Shown piece by piece: positions 38,040-48,044 of a stretch of 64,000 nt of DNA. The notes under the pieces were generated by a model. The model did not search any database, had not been told where the DNA came from, and saw only the letters and a list, made by a program, of their open reading frames with translations. The stretch spans positions 2,802-66,801 of the forward strand of contig JAIXOX010000135.1 in NCBI GenBank assembly GCA_027486555.1. Direction: 5' to 3'. Numbering within the stretch: the stretch's first letter is position 1; each line of letters begins with the position of its first letter. Origin of the DNA: Comamonadaceae bacterium. Its GTDB lineage: Bacteria > Pseudomonadota > Gammaproteobacteria > Burkholderiales > Burkholderiaceae_C. The position numbers and the translations under genes were made by a program.

Positions 38040-39154
38040 GCCAAGGCCTCTGCGCTGCGGATTTGCCACTGAAAGGTCAACCACGCACCCAAAACCATGC
38101 CCGCCACGGCCAACATGCTGCTCCAACTCAGTGTCGACAAACCGGACAATCCTTGACCAAACGTGCACCCCATGGCCATGACACCACCCACGCCCATCAA
38201 CAGCCCGCCCAGCAAATGCGACACCAGATCGGGCGTCTGGGTGAATCCCTCCCAGCGAAATGAGCCCTCATGTCTTGCACTCAGGAAAGACCCAAAAATC
38301 AAGCCAGGCACCCAAACCATACCCAAAGTCAAACGTTTGCTGCCATCGCTGAAGTACATCCAAGCGTCCCACCACAACGCCACAGGTGCCGTCATGCTGA
38401 TGGCCTCCATGCGGGCACTTGCAGTGGTCAAAAACACGGCGTCAAGGGTTTCCGGGTGTTCGGGCACAAAGCCCAAAACGCCGCTGACCCACCAAGCAGC
38501 CACCACAAAACTTCCAAGGGCCAGCCCAGGCCATGCATCCCTCAAGGAACGAAACGGTGCATCCTTGAAGACCCAAAACAGCAATGCCGCACCGGCACCA
38601 CAAGCCGAAACACCGGCGGCTGTTGCAAGGCTCCATCCGGTCCAGTCCATGACCCATTGGCTCACAAAGGCTCCGTGGTGCAAAGGAAAGCTGATGGGAT
38701 CAAGCTCTCGCACACGCCATACCGCTGGAAAGCCGCGCAGGGTGGCCAATGCCGATACCCCCACGACCAAAAGAACCACCAAAGACTTTAAATTGCCAGC
38801 GCCCAAACGCGTCAAGGTTTTGCTGATGCACCCCGACGCCAACACCATACCCACACCAAACAGCAAGCCACCCAAGCCCAAAGACACAAAGCTCAATGAT
38901 GTATTCGCGTAAATGGTGTTTTGAGGCGATATCAAGCCCAGGCCAACCATCGCACCAAAACCCAGAATCGCCACAGCCACAGCCAAAACCCATTGGCGCA
39001 GACGGGTGCGGTTGCCCATCAAAAAAATATCACTGAGCGCACCCATGGTGCAAAAATGACTGCGGTGCAAAACACCTCCTGCCAACACGGCCAGGACAAA
39101 GGAAAGACCCAAAACCCATTGGCTCTGGGCCTGAACATCAGCCAATGAGATCAC
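38036..39154 (-). CDS. YeeE/YedE-family sulfur (thiosulfate) transporter
   Basis: Three family cysteine motifs HFCTMG, ASGC, AMGCTFGQG; multi-TM; overlaps the tcdA start. Confidence 0.88.
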   Translation of the reverse strand: MISLADVQAQSQWVLGLSFVLAVLAGGVLHRSHFCTMGALSDIFLMGNRTRLRQWVLAVAVAILGFGAMVGLGLISPQNTIYANTSLSFVSLGLGGLLFGVGMVLASGCISKTLTRLGAGNLKSLVVLLVVGVSALATLRGFPAVWRVRELDPISFPLHHGAFVSQWVMDWTGWSLATAAGVSACGAGAALLFWVFKDAPFRSLRDAWPGLALGSFVVAAWWVSGVLGFVPEHPETLDAVFLTTASARMEAISMTAPVALWWDAWMYFSDGSKRLTLGMVWVPGLIFGSFLSARHEGSFRWEGFTQTPDLVSHLLGGLLMGVGGVMAMGCTFGQGLSGLSTLSWSSMLAVAGMVLGAWLTFQWQIRSAEALA

Positions 39155-39166
39155 TTTGGACCCACC

Positions 39167-39970
39167 TCAGCGCAGGAGAGACAAGCGGTCACGGGCCGTC
39201 GCAGCAGTTTCGGAATTGGGGTAAGCCTTGACCAAATCGGTCAGCGTGACACGCGCCGCTTTGAGATCTTTCAATTCAATTTGCACATTCGAAATCGCCA
39301 GCATGGACTCCGCAGCACGGGGATGGTTGGGCGCAAGCGTCAACATTTTCTGGAAATTGGCCATCGATTCTTTGTAAGATTTGGTGGCGTATTGGGCGTT
39401 GCCCAACCAAAAAAGGGCTTGAGGCATGTAAACACTGCTGGGATGGCGGGTCACAAAACCCGACAAAGCCACTTGAGCCGCCAAGAAATCACCTTGGCGA
39501 AAAATATCCATGGCTTGCTCAAAATCACGTTTTTCGGCAGGTTCCACCAAGTGCTCACGTCCGTCGAGCGTGACTTTGACAGGCTCAAAACGCTTCAAAC
39601 GGTCATCCACGGTCAAAAGAACATCTTTTTGCCGCAATTGCAATTCAGTCAGGTCACGCGCGAGCCGTTCTTGTTGACCCAGGCTTTTGGCCAGCTCCGC
39701 CTTCAACGCATCGATTTGTGTTTGCAAATCCAACAAAGACCGCCGCAACTGAGCGTTGAGTTGGGCTTGTGACTGGTTGCTTTCCTCGACCAAGGCTTTT
39801 TGAGCCAACTGGGATTGCTCTAACTTTTGACGCAGGTCCAAAATCGCACGTCTGGCTTCGTCGTCACCAAACAGGGCAGCGTGGGCTGTGCCACCCGCAG
39901 CGAACAAGGCCAGAGTGAGTGCAAGGCCGGCATAGACCGGCCGTGTGTGAAAAATCGGCATAGCGGTCAT
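39167..39970 (-). CDS. cpoB: Tol-Pal protein CpoB/YbgF
   Basis: LFGDDEARRAI, coiled coil, TPR ALFWLGN. Confidence 0.92.
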   Translation of the reverse strand: MTAMPIFHTRPVYAGLALTLALFAAGGTAHAALFGDDEARRAILDLRQKLEQSQLAQKALVEESNQSQAQLNAQLRRSLLDLQTQIDALKAELAKSLGQQERLARDLTELQLRQKDVLLTVDDRLKRFEPVKVTLDGREHLVEPAEKRDFEQAMDIFRQGDFLAAQVALSGFVTRHPSSVYMPQALFWLGNAQYATKSYKESMANFQKMLTLAPNHPRAAESMLAISNVQIELKDLKAARVTLTDLVKAYPNSETAATARDRLSLLR

Positions 39971-40503
39971 CAGTAACGTATTTCAACACGGCGGTTTTTG
40001 GCCAAATCGGATTCGGCACTGCCTTGTGCCGAGGGCTTTTCTTTGCCATAACTGACCGCCTCGAGTTGGGCGTCAGACACGCCCAACAAAGCCAATGCCT
40101 GGCGAACGGCCTCCGCGCGTTTTTGGCCCAGGGCCAGGTTGTATTCACGGCCTCCGCGCTCGTCGGTGTGGCCTTCCAGATTCGCTTTGCGTTGTTTGTT
40201 GACCTGCAAGAATCGGGCGTGATTTTCAATCACGGGGCGTGCATCCGCACGAACCACGAAGCTGTCATAGTCGAAGAACACCACATGTTCGACACCCGCG
40301 GGACCCATGCCGTTGTTCGTTTTTTCGCTGATCAAGCTGGACACGCTGGTTTGAGCAGCACTGACAATGGGCTGGCTTTGCACATTGGCCCTGGGGGACG
40401 TGGACGAGCGGTCCTCTACAGGCACCTCATCGAGCTTGACCCCCGAAGAACAAGCGGCTAAAAGTGCCGAAAAAAACAAAAGTGTCAAAATTTTTGTACG
40501 CAT
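39970..40503 (-). CDS. pal: Peptidoglycan-associated lipoprotein
   Basis: Lipobox LAAC, FDYDS, GHTDERGGREYNLALG, SYGKEKP, NRRVEI. Confidence 0.96.
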   Translation of the reverse strand: MRTKILTLLFFSALLAACSSGVKLDEVPVEDRSSTSPRANVQSQPIVSAAQTSVSSLISEKTNNGMGPAGVEHVVFFDYDSFVVRADARPVIENHARFLQVNKQRKANLEGHTDERGGREYNLALGQKRAEAVRQALALLGVSDAQLEAVSYGKEKPSAQGSAESDLAKNRRVEIRY

Positions 40504-40532
40504 ATTTCACCTTTTAATAACAATTTACAACA

Positions 40533-41822
40533 TCATTTTCGCATGGGGCCCCAATGAGGCTCACGAAGATCACCGGCTTGACCTGCCAAGCGCGCACGGA
40601 TTCGGCCATCCAAGGTGGTCGTCATCAAGGCCTCTTGCCCTCGCTGAACTGTGGCATACATGATCATTCGGCTGTTGGGCGCAAAACTGGGGCGCTCATC
40701 AGCGGATGTATCGGTCAATGCCGTGACTTGGCCAGAAAGGATGTCCATCAACTGCAATGAAAAGCCAGCACCTGAGCGGGACACATAAGCCAGCCAGCGC
40801 CCATCTGGGCTGATGGTTGGCGAAATGTTGTAGTTGCCCGCAAAAGTGACACGCTCGGCCGGGCCACCTTGCGCGGGCATGCGGTAAATCTGAGGGCTGC
40901 CGCCACGGTCGCTGACGAAATAAAGGGCCGTGCCGTCCGGAGAAAAGGCAGGCTCAGTGTTGATATTGCCCTGGGTCAGGCGTTTGGGATCCCCCCCTGC
41001 CAAATCAATGCGATACAGCTGGGAGCCGCCATCACGGCTGAGCGTTGCCACCAAGGAGCGGCCGTCGGGTGCCCAAGCCGGTGCGCTGTTGGAGCCCTTG
41101 AAATTGGCCACCACCCGACGCTGGCCACTGGCCAGTTCATGCACATAAATCACCGCTTTGCGAGTCTCGAAAGAAACATACGCCAATTGCTGACCATTGG
41201 GAGACCATGAGGGTGAAATGATGGGCTCAGGGCTGCTGAGCGCCGACTTGGCACCCTCCCCGTCAGCATCTGCAATCCACAAGCTGTAGCGGCCTGCCGC
41301 CTTGGTCACATAACTGATGCGGGTTGCAAAAACACCCGGTGTCCCCGTCAATTGCTGGTAAACCCAGTCGGACAAACGGTGGGCGGACATGCGCAAATCA
41401 CCCACCACAACGGTGTCGCGAAAATCTGCTTTTTCTTGCCCTTTGACTGCATCCCACAACCGGGCACGAACGTCAAAACGCCCATCTGCCAAACGTGTAA
41501 CCGAGCCGGCCACGAGGGCTTCAACAGACGAGGAGCGCAGCGAAGACCAGTCAGGACGGCTCATTTCATCGAGCGAAATGCCAGCCGAATTCAGCGCCTT
41601 GAACAGGCCACTTCGCTCTAGGTCAGACTGCACAATGCCGGCCATTTTTTGCGGTACCAATGCTTCACCCTTGAAGGGTGCAATGAGCACAGGCAACTGG
41701 GTCATGCCCACCCCAGAAACCTCTACGCGAAATTGTCCCCAGGCAGGCACGCTCAATGCCAGCAAAACAAGCGATCTGAACAGCGGTGCGATCCTCAGTG
41801 AGGATTTGGAAAACAAAGTCAT
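40533..41822 (-). CDS. tolB: TolB
   Basis: N-terminal domain DLERSG plus WD40-like repeats SPSWSPNG, APAWAPDG, EPAFSPDG. Confidence 0.93.
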   Translation of the reverse strand: MTLFSKSSLRIAPLFRSLVLLALSVPAWGQFRVEVSGVGMTQLPVLIAPFKGEALVPQKMAGIVQSDLERSGLFKALNSAGISLDEMSRPDWSSLRSSSVEALVAGSVTRLADGRFDVRARLWDAVKGQEKADFRDTVVVGDLRMSAHRLSDWVYQQLTGTPGVFATRISYVTKAAGRYSLWIADADGEGAKSALSSPEPIISPSWSPNGQQLAYVSFETRKAVIYVHELASGQRRVVANFKGSNSAPAWAPDGRSLVATLSRDGGSQLYRIDLAGGDPKRLTQGNINTEPAFSPDGTALYFVSDRGGSPQIYRMPAQGGPAERVTFAGNYNISPTISPDGRWLAYVSRSGAGFSLQLMDILSGQVTALTDTSADERPSFAPNSRMIMYATVQRGQEALMTTTLDGRIRARLAGQAGDLREPHWGPMRK

Positions 41823-41879
41823 ATACGTCTCTGTGCAGAAGTGACCAATGAAGCGCTGATCGTACACCGCCACATGGGT

Positions 41880-41915
41880 GTTTTGCGTTACATGCCCCCG
41901 CATGTAACGCAAAAC
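41880..41915. promoter_or_regulatory. Perfect 16-bp inverted repeat in the tolB/msbA divergent promoter
   Basis: GTTTTGCGTTACATGC-cccc-GCATGTAACGCAAAAC. Confidence 0.6.
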
Positions 41916-41985
41916 CGGCTCCTCATGCACCATTCGCACGCCATTGAGCACCGCGACCAAGAGGGCTGCTTACAATCCACACCAC

Positions 41986-43773
41986 ATGTCCGACCACCCA
42001 TCCTCACCTGCTCCAGTCCCCCAACAGCCGGGCCTGCGTCGAAGACTGCTTCGCTTGTCCCCTTACTTTGCCAAGCAACGTGGCGTTTGGCTTTTGGCTA
42101 TTGGCGCAACAATGGTTGCGGCGCTGACCGAGCCTTTGATTCCCGCCTTGTTTCAACCCCTGCTTGACAGTGGGTTTGCTCAAAACAAGCTGCCTTTGTG
42201 GACCATTCCTGTGGTGGTCATTGGCTTGTTCAGTTTGCGCGGTTTGGCCCATTTTTTGGCCCAATACGCCTTGGCCCGGGTGACCAACGACGGCATGGAA
42301 AAACTGCGCAGTGATCTTTTTGGAAAGTTGGTCCGCGCTGACATGTCCTTGTTCAGCCGCCAGTCGGCCAGTGCTTTGTCCAATACCGTGGTTTACGAGG
42401 TCCAAACAGGCGCTTCACAACTCATTTCTGCCTTGATTGGTTTGTCACGCGATGGCTTCACCTTGCTGGCCTTGGTGGGTTACTTGATGTGGTTAAACTG
42501 GAAACTCACGCTGGTGGTGTTCACGGTGGCACCCGGCCTGAGCTGGATCATGAAAGTCCTGTCCCGACGCCTGTATCGATTGACCAAAGAAAGTCAGCGA
42601 GCGACCGACGACTTGGCCTATGTGGTGGAAGAAAATGTACTGGCCCACCGCATGGTCCGCTTACACGGCGCACAAAGCCAACAAATGGCACGCTTTAACA
42701 CCTTGGGCCAGCGTTTAAGGCATTTGGCCCTCAAATCCACCATTGCTTCAGCCGCCATGACGCCCATGACCCAGATCATGGCGGCAATCGCCCTGTCGCT
42801 GGTGTTGATGATCGCCCTGATGCAAAGCCGGGATGCCGCGTCTGGGGCCACCGTTGGCGGTTTTGTGGCCTTCATCACGGCCATGCTCATGCTGATTGCG
42901 CCCATCAAACGTCTGGCCGATGTGGCCAACCCGATCACCCGAGGTTTGGCTGCGCTCGAAAGAGGCTTGGCCCTCCTGCACGATTCACCAGAAGAAGCGC
43001 AAGGCAAACACCAGGTTCAGCGGGTCAGTGGTGCCATTGAATGGCAAGAGGTGAGCGTTCAGTTCAACCCGGACAGCGCGCCGGCCCTCTCGCACATCAA
43101 TTTGAACGTCAAACCTGGCGAAACGGTCGCTTTGGTTGGGACTTCAGGCGCGGGCAAAACCACCTTGATTCAACTGCTACCCCGTTTTTTGAACCCCACC
43201 AGCGGGCAAGTGCTGCTCGATGGTGTGCCTTTAGGCCAATGGCAGCTTGACAGCTTGCGCGCACAACTGGCCATGGTCAGCCAAGATGTGGTCATGCTCA
43301 ATGACAGCTTGGCAGCCAATGTGAGTCTGGGTCATGACATGGACCGTGACAAGGTTCAAGAATGTCTGCAAGCGGCCAATTTGTGGGCTCATGTGCAAAC
43401 CTTGCCCCAAGGCATGGACACCCTGCTTGGGCACAACGCCAACCAACTTTCAGGAGGGCAGCGCCAACGTTTGGCCATTGCACGCGCCTTGTACAAAGAC
43501 GCACCGATCTTGATTTTGGATGAGGCCACTTCGGCGCTGGACAACGAGTCCGAACGCCTGGTTCAAGACGCCTTGCAAAAACTCATGGAAAACCGCACCA
43601 CCTTGATCGTCGCCCATCGTTTATCCACCATCGAACATGCAGACCGCGTGGTCGTCATGGAACGTGGCTGCATTGTCGAGCAAGGCGTCCCTGCTCAATT
43701 GTTGACCCGGGCGGGGGCTTATGCACGGCTTCACCACCGCGGCGAATGGGCCAGCGAAGACCCATCTGCTTGA
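41986..43773 (+). CDS. msbA: Lipid A export ABC transporter MsbA
   Basis: Six-TM domain plus NBD GTSGAGKT, LSGGQRQR, LDEATSALD. Confidence 0.93.
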   Translation: MSDHPSSPAPVPQQPGLRRRLLRLSPYFAKQRGVWLLAIGATMVAALTEPLIPALFQPLLDSGFAQNKLPLWTIPVVVIGLFSLRGLAHFLAQYALARVTNDGMEKLRSDLFGKLVRADMSLFSRQSASALSNTVVYEVQTGASQLISALIGLSRDGFTLLALVGYLMWLNWKLTLVVFTVAPGLSWIMKVLSRRLYRLTKESQRATDDLAYVVEENVLAHRMVRLHGAQSQQMARFNTLGQRLRHLALKSTIASAAMTPMTQIMAAIALSLVLMIALMQSRDAASGATVGGFVAFITAMLMLIAPIKRLADVANPITRGLAALERGLALLHDSPEEAQGKHQVQRVSGAIEWQEVSVQFNPDSAPALSHINLNVKPGETVALVGTSGAGKTTLIQLLPRFLNPTSGQVLLDGVPLGQWQLDSLRAQLAMVSQDVVMLNDSLAANVSLGHDMDRDKVQECLQAANLWAHVQTLPQGMDTLLGHNANQLSGGQRQRLAIARALYKDAPILILDEATSALDNESERLVQDALQKLMENRTTLIVAHRLSTIEHADRVVVMERGCIVEQGVPAQLLTRAGAYARLHHRGEWASEDPSA

Positions 43774-43889
43774 CCTTTCAGCGCCAGACGGTATTTGGAA
43801 CTCAGGCTCAGCCGAGTCATTCAATGATCGGCAATTGAGGCTGGCAAAAGCCGATCTTCATCGCTCACCGATGCACCTTGTATCGGGTC

Positions 43890-45362
43890 TCAAAGCAAGA
43901 CGATGTCATACTGCTCCGGCCCCATGGAAGACTCGACTTGCAAGGAGATCGGTTTGGAAATGAAGTCTGACAGACCTGCCAAATGCTGGCTTTCTTCGTC
44001 CAGCAACAAATCGATCACCGCAGAGGTTGCCAAAATGCGAAATTCACGCGGGTTGAACTGTCGCGCTTCGCGCAATATCTCTCGCAAGATGTCATAAACC
44101 ACAGAGCGGGGCGTCTTGACAATCCCTTTGCCTTGGCAGCTTGGGCAAGGCTCACACAGCATGTGGGCCAAAGATTCTCGCGTGCGCTTGCGCGTCATCT
44201 CCAGCAAACCCAATGATGAAAAACCACCTGCCATGGTCTTGACCCGGTCTCTGGCCAATTGCTTGTGAAATTCCGCCAGCACCGCATCTTGGTGCTCAGT
44301 TCGGGCCATGTCGATGAAGTCCGCAATGATGATGCCCCCCAAATTGCGAAGGCGCAATTGCCTTGCAATGGCTTGTGCCGCTTCCAAATTGGTTTTGAAG
44401 ATCGTGTCCTCAAAATTGCGCGCCCCCACGTACCCGCCTGTGTTCACATCCACGGTGGTCAGGGCCTCGGTCTGGTCAATGATCAGGTAGCCACCCGACT
44501 TGAGCTCGACCCGACGCCCCAATGCTTTGGCAATTTCCTCATCGATGGCGTAGAGGTCAAAAATTGGCCGCTCACCCTTGTAGTGCTGCAAACGCTCAGC
44601 GGCCTTGGGCATGAACTCATGGCCAAACCCCTTCAACAATGCAAACTGCTCTTGCGAGTCAATGCGAATGCTTTGCGTGGCATCACCCACCAAATCACGC
44701 AGCACGCGTTGGAGCAATGTCAAATCCTGGTGCAGCAAAGAGGTGGGCGGCAAGCGCATCGAGGCCTCTTTGATACGGGCCCAAGTCTTGCGCAAGTAGG
44801 CAATATCGTCATGCAACTCATCGTCACTGGAGTCCTCCGCATTGGTGCGCAAAATGAAGCCGCCACCTGACGGCCCAGCCAAAGCCTGCACGCGTTTGCG
44901 CAAGGCATCGCGCTGCTCGGAAGGAATTTTTTGCGACACCCCAATGTGATCGTCTTGCGGCAAAAACACCAGATGACGCCCCGCAATGCTGATTTGCGTG
45001 GACAAGCGGGCCCCCTTGGTGCCCATGGGGTCCTTGATGACTTGCACCATGATGGGGCGGCCCTCGAACACCTGCTTTTCAATCGGCACCATCGGCTGAC
45101 CCGTTCGTGCTGCTGCTGCCTCGCCTTCGGCGTGTTTGTGCCACACGTCTGCCACATGCAAAAAGGCCGCTTTATCAAGGCCAATGTCAACAAAAGCCGA
45201 TTGCATGCCAGGCAACACACGGGCCACCTTGCCCAAGTAAACATTGCCCACCAAACCACGCTCAAGCGTGCGCTCGACGTGCAATTCCTGCACAGCACCA
45301 AACTCCACCACCGCAACACGTGTTTCCTGCGGGGACCAATTGACCAATATATCTTGTTGCAT
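43890..45362 (-). CDS. rng: Ribonuclease G
   Basis: GNVYLGKVARVLPGMQSAF, TVDVNTG, LRNLGGIIIADFIDM, EMTRKR. Confidence 0.95.
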   Translation of the reverse strand: MQQDILVNWSPQETRVAVVEFGAVQELHVERTLERGLVGNVYLGKVARVLPGMQSAFVDIGLDKAAFLHVADVWHKHAEGEAAAARTGQPMVPIEKQVFEGRPIMVQVIKDPMGTKGARLSTQISIAGRHLVFLPQDDHIGVSQKIPSEQRDALRKRVQALAGPSGGGFILRTNAEDSSDDELHDDIAYLRKTWARIKEASMRLPPTSLLHQDLTLLQRVLRDLVGDATQSIRIDSQEQFALLKGFGHEFMPKAAERLQHYKGERPIFDLYAIDEEIAKALGRRVELKSGGYLIIDQTEALTTVDVNTGGYVGARNFEDTIFKTNLEAAQAIARQLRLRNLGGIIIADFIDMARTEHQDAVLAEFHKQLARDRVKTMAGGFSSLGLLEMTRKRTRESLAHMLCEPCPSCQGKGIVKTPRSVVYDILREILREARQFNPREFRILATSAVIDLLLDEESQHLAGLSDFISKPISLQVESSMGPEQYDIVLL

Positions 45363-45470
45363 GGAGGGAAATCAGATGGGAACTGTTGAAATCAAGAACA
45401 TCCGCGAAAGAGCGCGCAACAGCACTTCATCAAAGCCGGCACCAACTCATGGCAACCGACCGACAAAGGC

Positions 45471-46073
45471 TCAACAGCGCACACCCAGCGAGCGCAGCAA
45501 CGCAGCGGTCTCGAAAAGCGGCAAACCCATGATGCCTGAATAACTGCCTCGAATCTGCTCGATGTGAGCAGCGGCCCTGCCCTGAACACCGTAAGCCCCG
45601 GCTTTGCCCATGGGCTCGCCCGTGGCCACATAGGCCTGGATCTGAGCGGCAGTCATGGGCGAAAAACGCACCCACGATTCGGACACCACCGCCACCCGCT
45701 GCTGGCCTTTTTGTACGGCCACAGCGGTCAACACCCGGTGGGATTGGCCCGCCAGCCGCTGGAGGATGCGCAGCGCATCGGCTTCGTCAGCCGGTTTACC
45801 CAATATGTCGCGGCCCAAGCAGACGGTGGTGTCGGCGCACAACACCGGCGCTGCGGGCAAGCCTTGGCGATTCAATCGTTGTACAGCTGCATCGAGCTTG
45901 AGGCCCGTGACACGCGCCACATAGCGCCCAGGCGCTTCTGCGCCACGCAAGGCTTCCAAGGACTCGGCGTCTTCATCAGGACCCGCCAAAAGCAGTTGGT
46001 GGGCTACGCCGATTTGGTCCAGAAGTTGGCTGCGCCTTGGGCTTTGGGAAGCCAGATAAATGAAGTCACTCAT
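45471..46073 (-). CDS. maf: Maf-family nucleoside triphosphate pyrophosphatase
   Basis: [27 protein letters not shown]. Confidence 0.93.
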   Translation of the reverse strand: MSDFIYLASQSPRRSQLLDQIGVAHQLLLAGPDEDAESLEALRGAEAPGRYVARVTGLKLDAAVQRLNRQGLPAAPVLCADTTVCLGRDILGKPADEADALRILQRLAGQSHRVLTAVAVQKGQQRVAVVSESWVRFSPMTAAQIQAYVATGEPMGKAGAYGVQGRAAAHIEQIRGSYSGIMGLPLFETAALLRSLGVRC

Positions 46074-46537
46074 TCTCGGTGATAAGGGTGGTTGGCGTTG
46101 ATCGACCAGGCACGGTAAAGCTGCTCGATCAAGAGCACCCGGGCCATGGCGTGGGGCAAAGTCATGTCCGACAAGCGGATGCGCTCGTGAGCAGCTTGCC
46201 GGAATTCAGGGTCCAGCCCGTCTGGGCCACCAATGACCAAAGCCACATCATCCCCCCCCAGCTGCCAACTGGTCAGGCGAGTGGCCAGGGCTTGGGTGGT
46301 CAGGTGGGTGCCGCGCTCGTCAAGCACCACAATGCGGGTGCCGCGCGCAATGGCCGCTTCAATACGCTGGCGCTCGGCCGCGTACAAGGAGGGCAGGGTT
46401 TTGGAGCCCCGTGGTTCGGTTTTCACGGCCTTGAGCTCGACTTTGAGCTCAGGCGGAAAACGTTTGGCGTAGTCGTCCCAAGCGGTTTGCGCCCAGTCGG
46501 GCACGCGCAGACCGACCGCCACGATCAGCAGCTTCAT
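46070..46537 (-). CDS. rlmH: 23S rRNA pseudouridine-1915 N3-methyltransferase
   Basis: [31 protein letters not shown]. Confidence 0.96.
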   Translation of the reverse strand: MKLLIVAVGLRVPDWAQTAWDDYAKRFPPELKVELKAVKTEPRGSKTLPSLYAAERQRIEAAIARGTRIVVLDERGTHLTTQALATRLTSWQLGGDDVALVIGGPDGLDPEFRQAAHERIRLSDMTLPHAMARVLLIEQLYRAWSINANHPYHRE

Positions 46538-46543
46538 GCAGAA

Positions 46544-47347
46544 TCAATCGGCTTTGCGACGGGTCGCAGCTTGCACGGCCTTGCGCACTGGGGACTTTTT
46601 GGCTGCGGGTTTGGCTGCAGATTTCGCCGCAGTCTTGGTGGCTGGCTTGCCGACTGTTTTCACGGTGGGCTTGCTGGTCTTGGTGGCTGCCTTAACGGCT
46701 GTCTTTGCTGCGCTTGGAGCGCTGGTTTTCGCCCCAGTTGTCTTCGCTGCAGTTTTGGAAGCCGGTTTGGCGGCGGATTTGGCAGCAGTTTTAACCGCTT
46801 TGAGCGGCGCTTTCAATGCCGGCTTGGCTTTGGACGCGGTTTTGGATGCGGTTTTGGTTGCGGTTTTGGGCGCAGCAGTTTTGGACGTGGTGGTTTTGGC
46901 TGAAGCAGTTTTGGCGCTGGCTTTTTTTGCCACCGAATTCTTGATATGGCCTTTGACCTCAGCTGTGGCCGCCGGCTTGGGCGCACCAAACTTCAAACGC
47001 ACAGGCGTGCCACCCCAGATTTCTTCAAGGTTGTAATAAGTTCTGATGGTGGGCTGCATGATATGAACAACCGCTGGGCCACAATCCACAATGATCCATT
47101 CCCCGTTGTCTTCGCCCTCCATTCGGGGCTTGCCGAAACCGGCTTCGCGCACTTTGTCACGCACGCTGGCGGCCAGCGCTTTGGTCTGGCGGTTGGAAGT
47201 GCCTGAGGCAATGATGACTCGCTCAAACAAAGAAGACAAATGTTCGGTGTCAAACACCTGGATTTCCTGGGCCTTGACGTCTTCCAAAGCGTCCACGATG
47301 GCCCTCTGGAGTTTTTGAATGTCTTTTTTGGCTGCGATTTCTGTCAT
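46544..47347 (-). CDS. rsfS: Ribosome silencing factor RsfS fused to a ~140-aa Lys/Ala/Thr-rich histone-H1-like tail
   Basis: LEDVKA, IASGTSNRQ, WIIVDCG, YNLEEIWG; position between nadD and rlmH; tail of KTA/AAK repeats. Confidence 0.93.
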   Translation of the reverse strand: MTEIAAKKDIQKLQRAIVDALEDVKAQEIQVFDTEHLSSLFERVIIASGTSNRQTKALAASVRDKVREAGFGKPRMEGEDNGEWIIVDCGPAVVHIMQPTIRTYYNLEEIWGGTPVRLKFGAPKPAATAEVKGHIKNSVAKKASAKTASAKTTTSKTAAPKTATKTASKTASKAKPALKAPLKAVKTAAKSAAKPASKTAAKTTGAKTSAPSAAKTAVKAATKTSKPTVKTVGKPATKTAAKSAAKPAAKKSPVRKAVQAATRRKAD

Positions 47348-48036
47348 CAATGGGGCCTGTATAGGTGGTGTTCGTTTATGTAGCGCTCGACGGCGGGACT
47401 GATCAAGCCTGTCATGGCTTGCTCTGTGGCCGCCAGAACACGGATGGCCGTGGCACTGTGAGGCATCAGCGGCATGTCCAGAGAAAGAATGCGCGCTTGC
47501 AGCGTGTCAAAAAGACGGGTTGAAGTTGCGGGCTCTTGTGGGTCTTCACGCCACGCACGCACGGCCTTATCACGGCTTGCGGCACATATTATAGCGATGC
47601 GCCCGATTTCATCGATTTGATGCCATGAGGACAAAGAACGACGCTGATCATCACCGATCAATAAAAACAATTGCGCCTGAGGCCACTGGGCTTGCAGTTC
47701 ATGCAAAGTGTCCACCGTGTAACTGGGGCCAGTCCTGCTGATTTCACGGTCATCCACCACCACCTTAGGCAAATGAGCAAAGGCCAAACGGGTCATGGCC
47801 AAGCGGTGGACAGACGGTGTCAAATCGCGGGGTTTGTGCCAAGCCCTCCCCGTTGGCAACACATGCACCAGGTCCAGCCGGAGCTGTTCAATGGCCGCCT
47901 CAACCAAGGCCACATGGGCTTGGTGGGGGGGGTCAAACGCACCTCCAAAAACACCTGCTCGCTGAACAGCTTCGGCCATGGGCCTGCCGCTCTCGGTGCC
48001 CAGGGCTTGAGGATCCGGAACGGTTTCTGTAGGCAT
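47347..48036 (-). CDS. nadD: Nicotinate-nucleotide adenylyltransferase
   Basis: FGGAFDPPHQAH, SYTVDTL, IGDD, SATAIR. Confidence 0.9.
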   Translation of the reverse strand: MPTETVPDPQALGTESGRPMAEAVQRAGVFGGAFDPPHQAHVALVEAAIEQLRLDLVHVLPTGRAWHKPRDLTPSVHRLAMTRLAFAHLPKVVVDDREISRTGPSYTVDTLHELQAQWPQAQLFLLIGDDQRRSLSSWHQIDEIGRIAIICAASRDKAVRAWREDPQEPATSTRLFDTLQARILSLDMPLMPHSATAIRVLAATEQAMTGLISPAVERYINEHHLYRPH

Positions 48037-48044
48037 CAAAGGGG

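Noticed and set aside
46079-47036. Gly/Phe- and Ala/Val/Leu-rich + strand ORFs (274 aa and 166 aa)
   Set aside because: Antisense read-outs of the low-complexity RsfS tail and rlmH.
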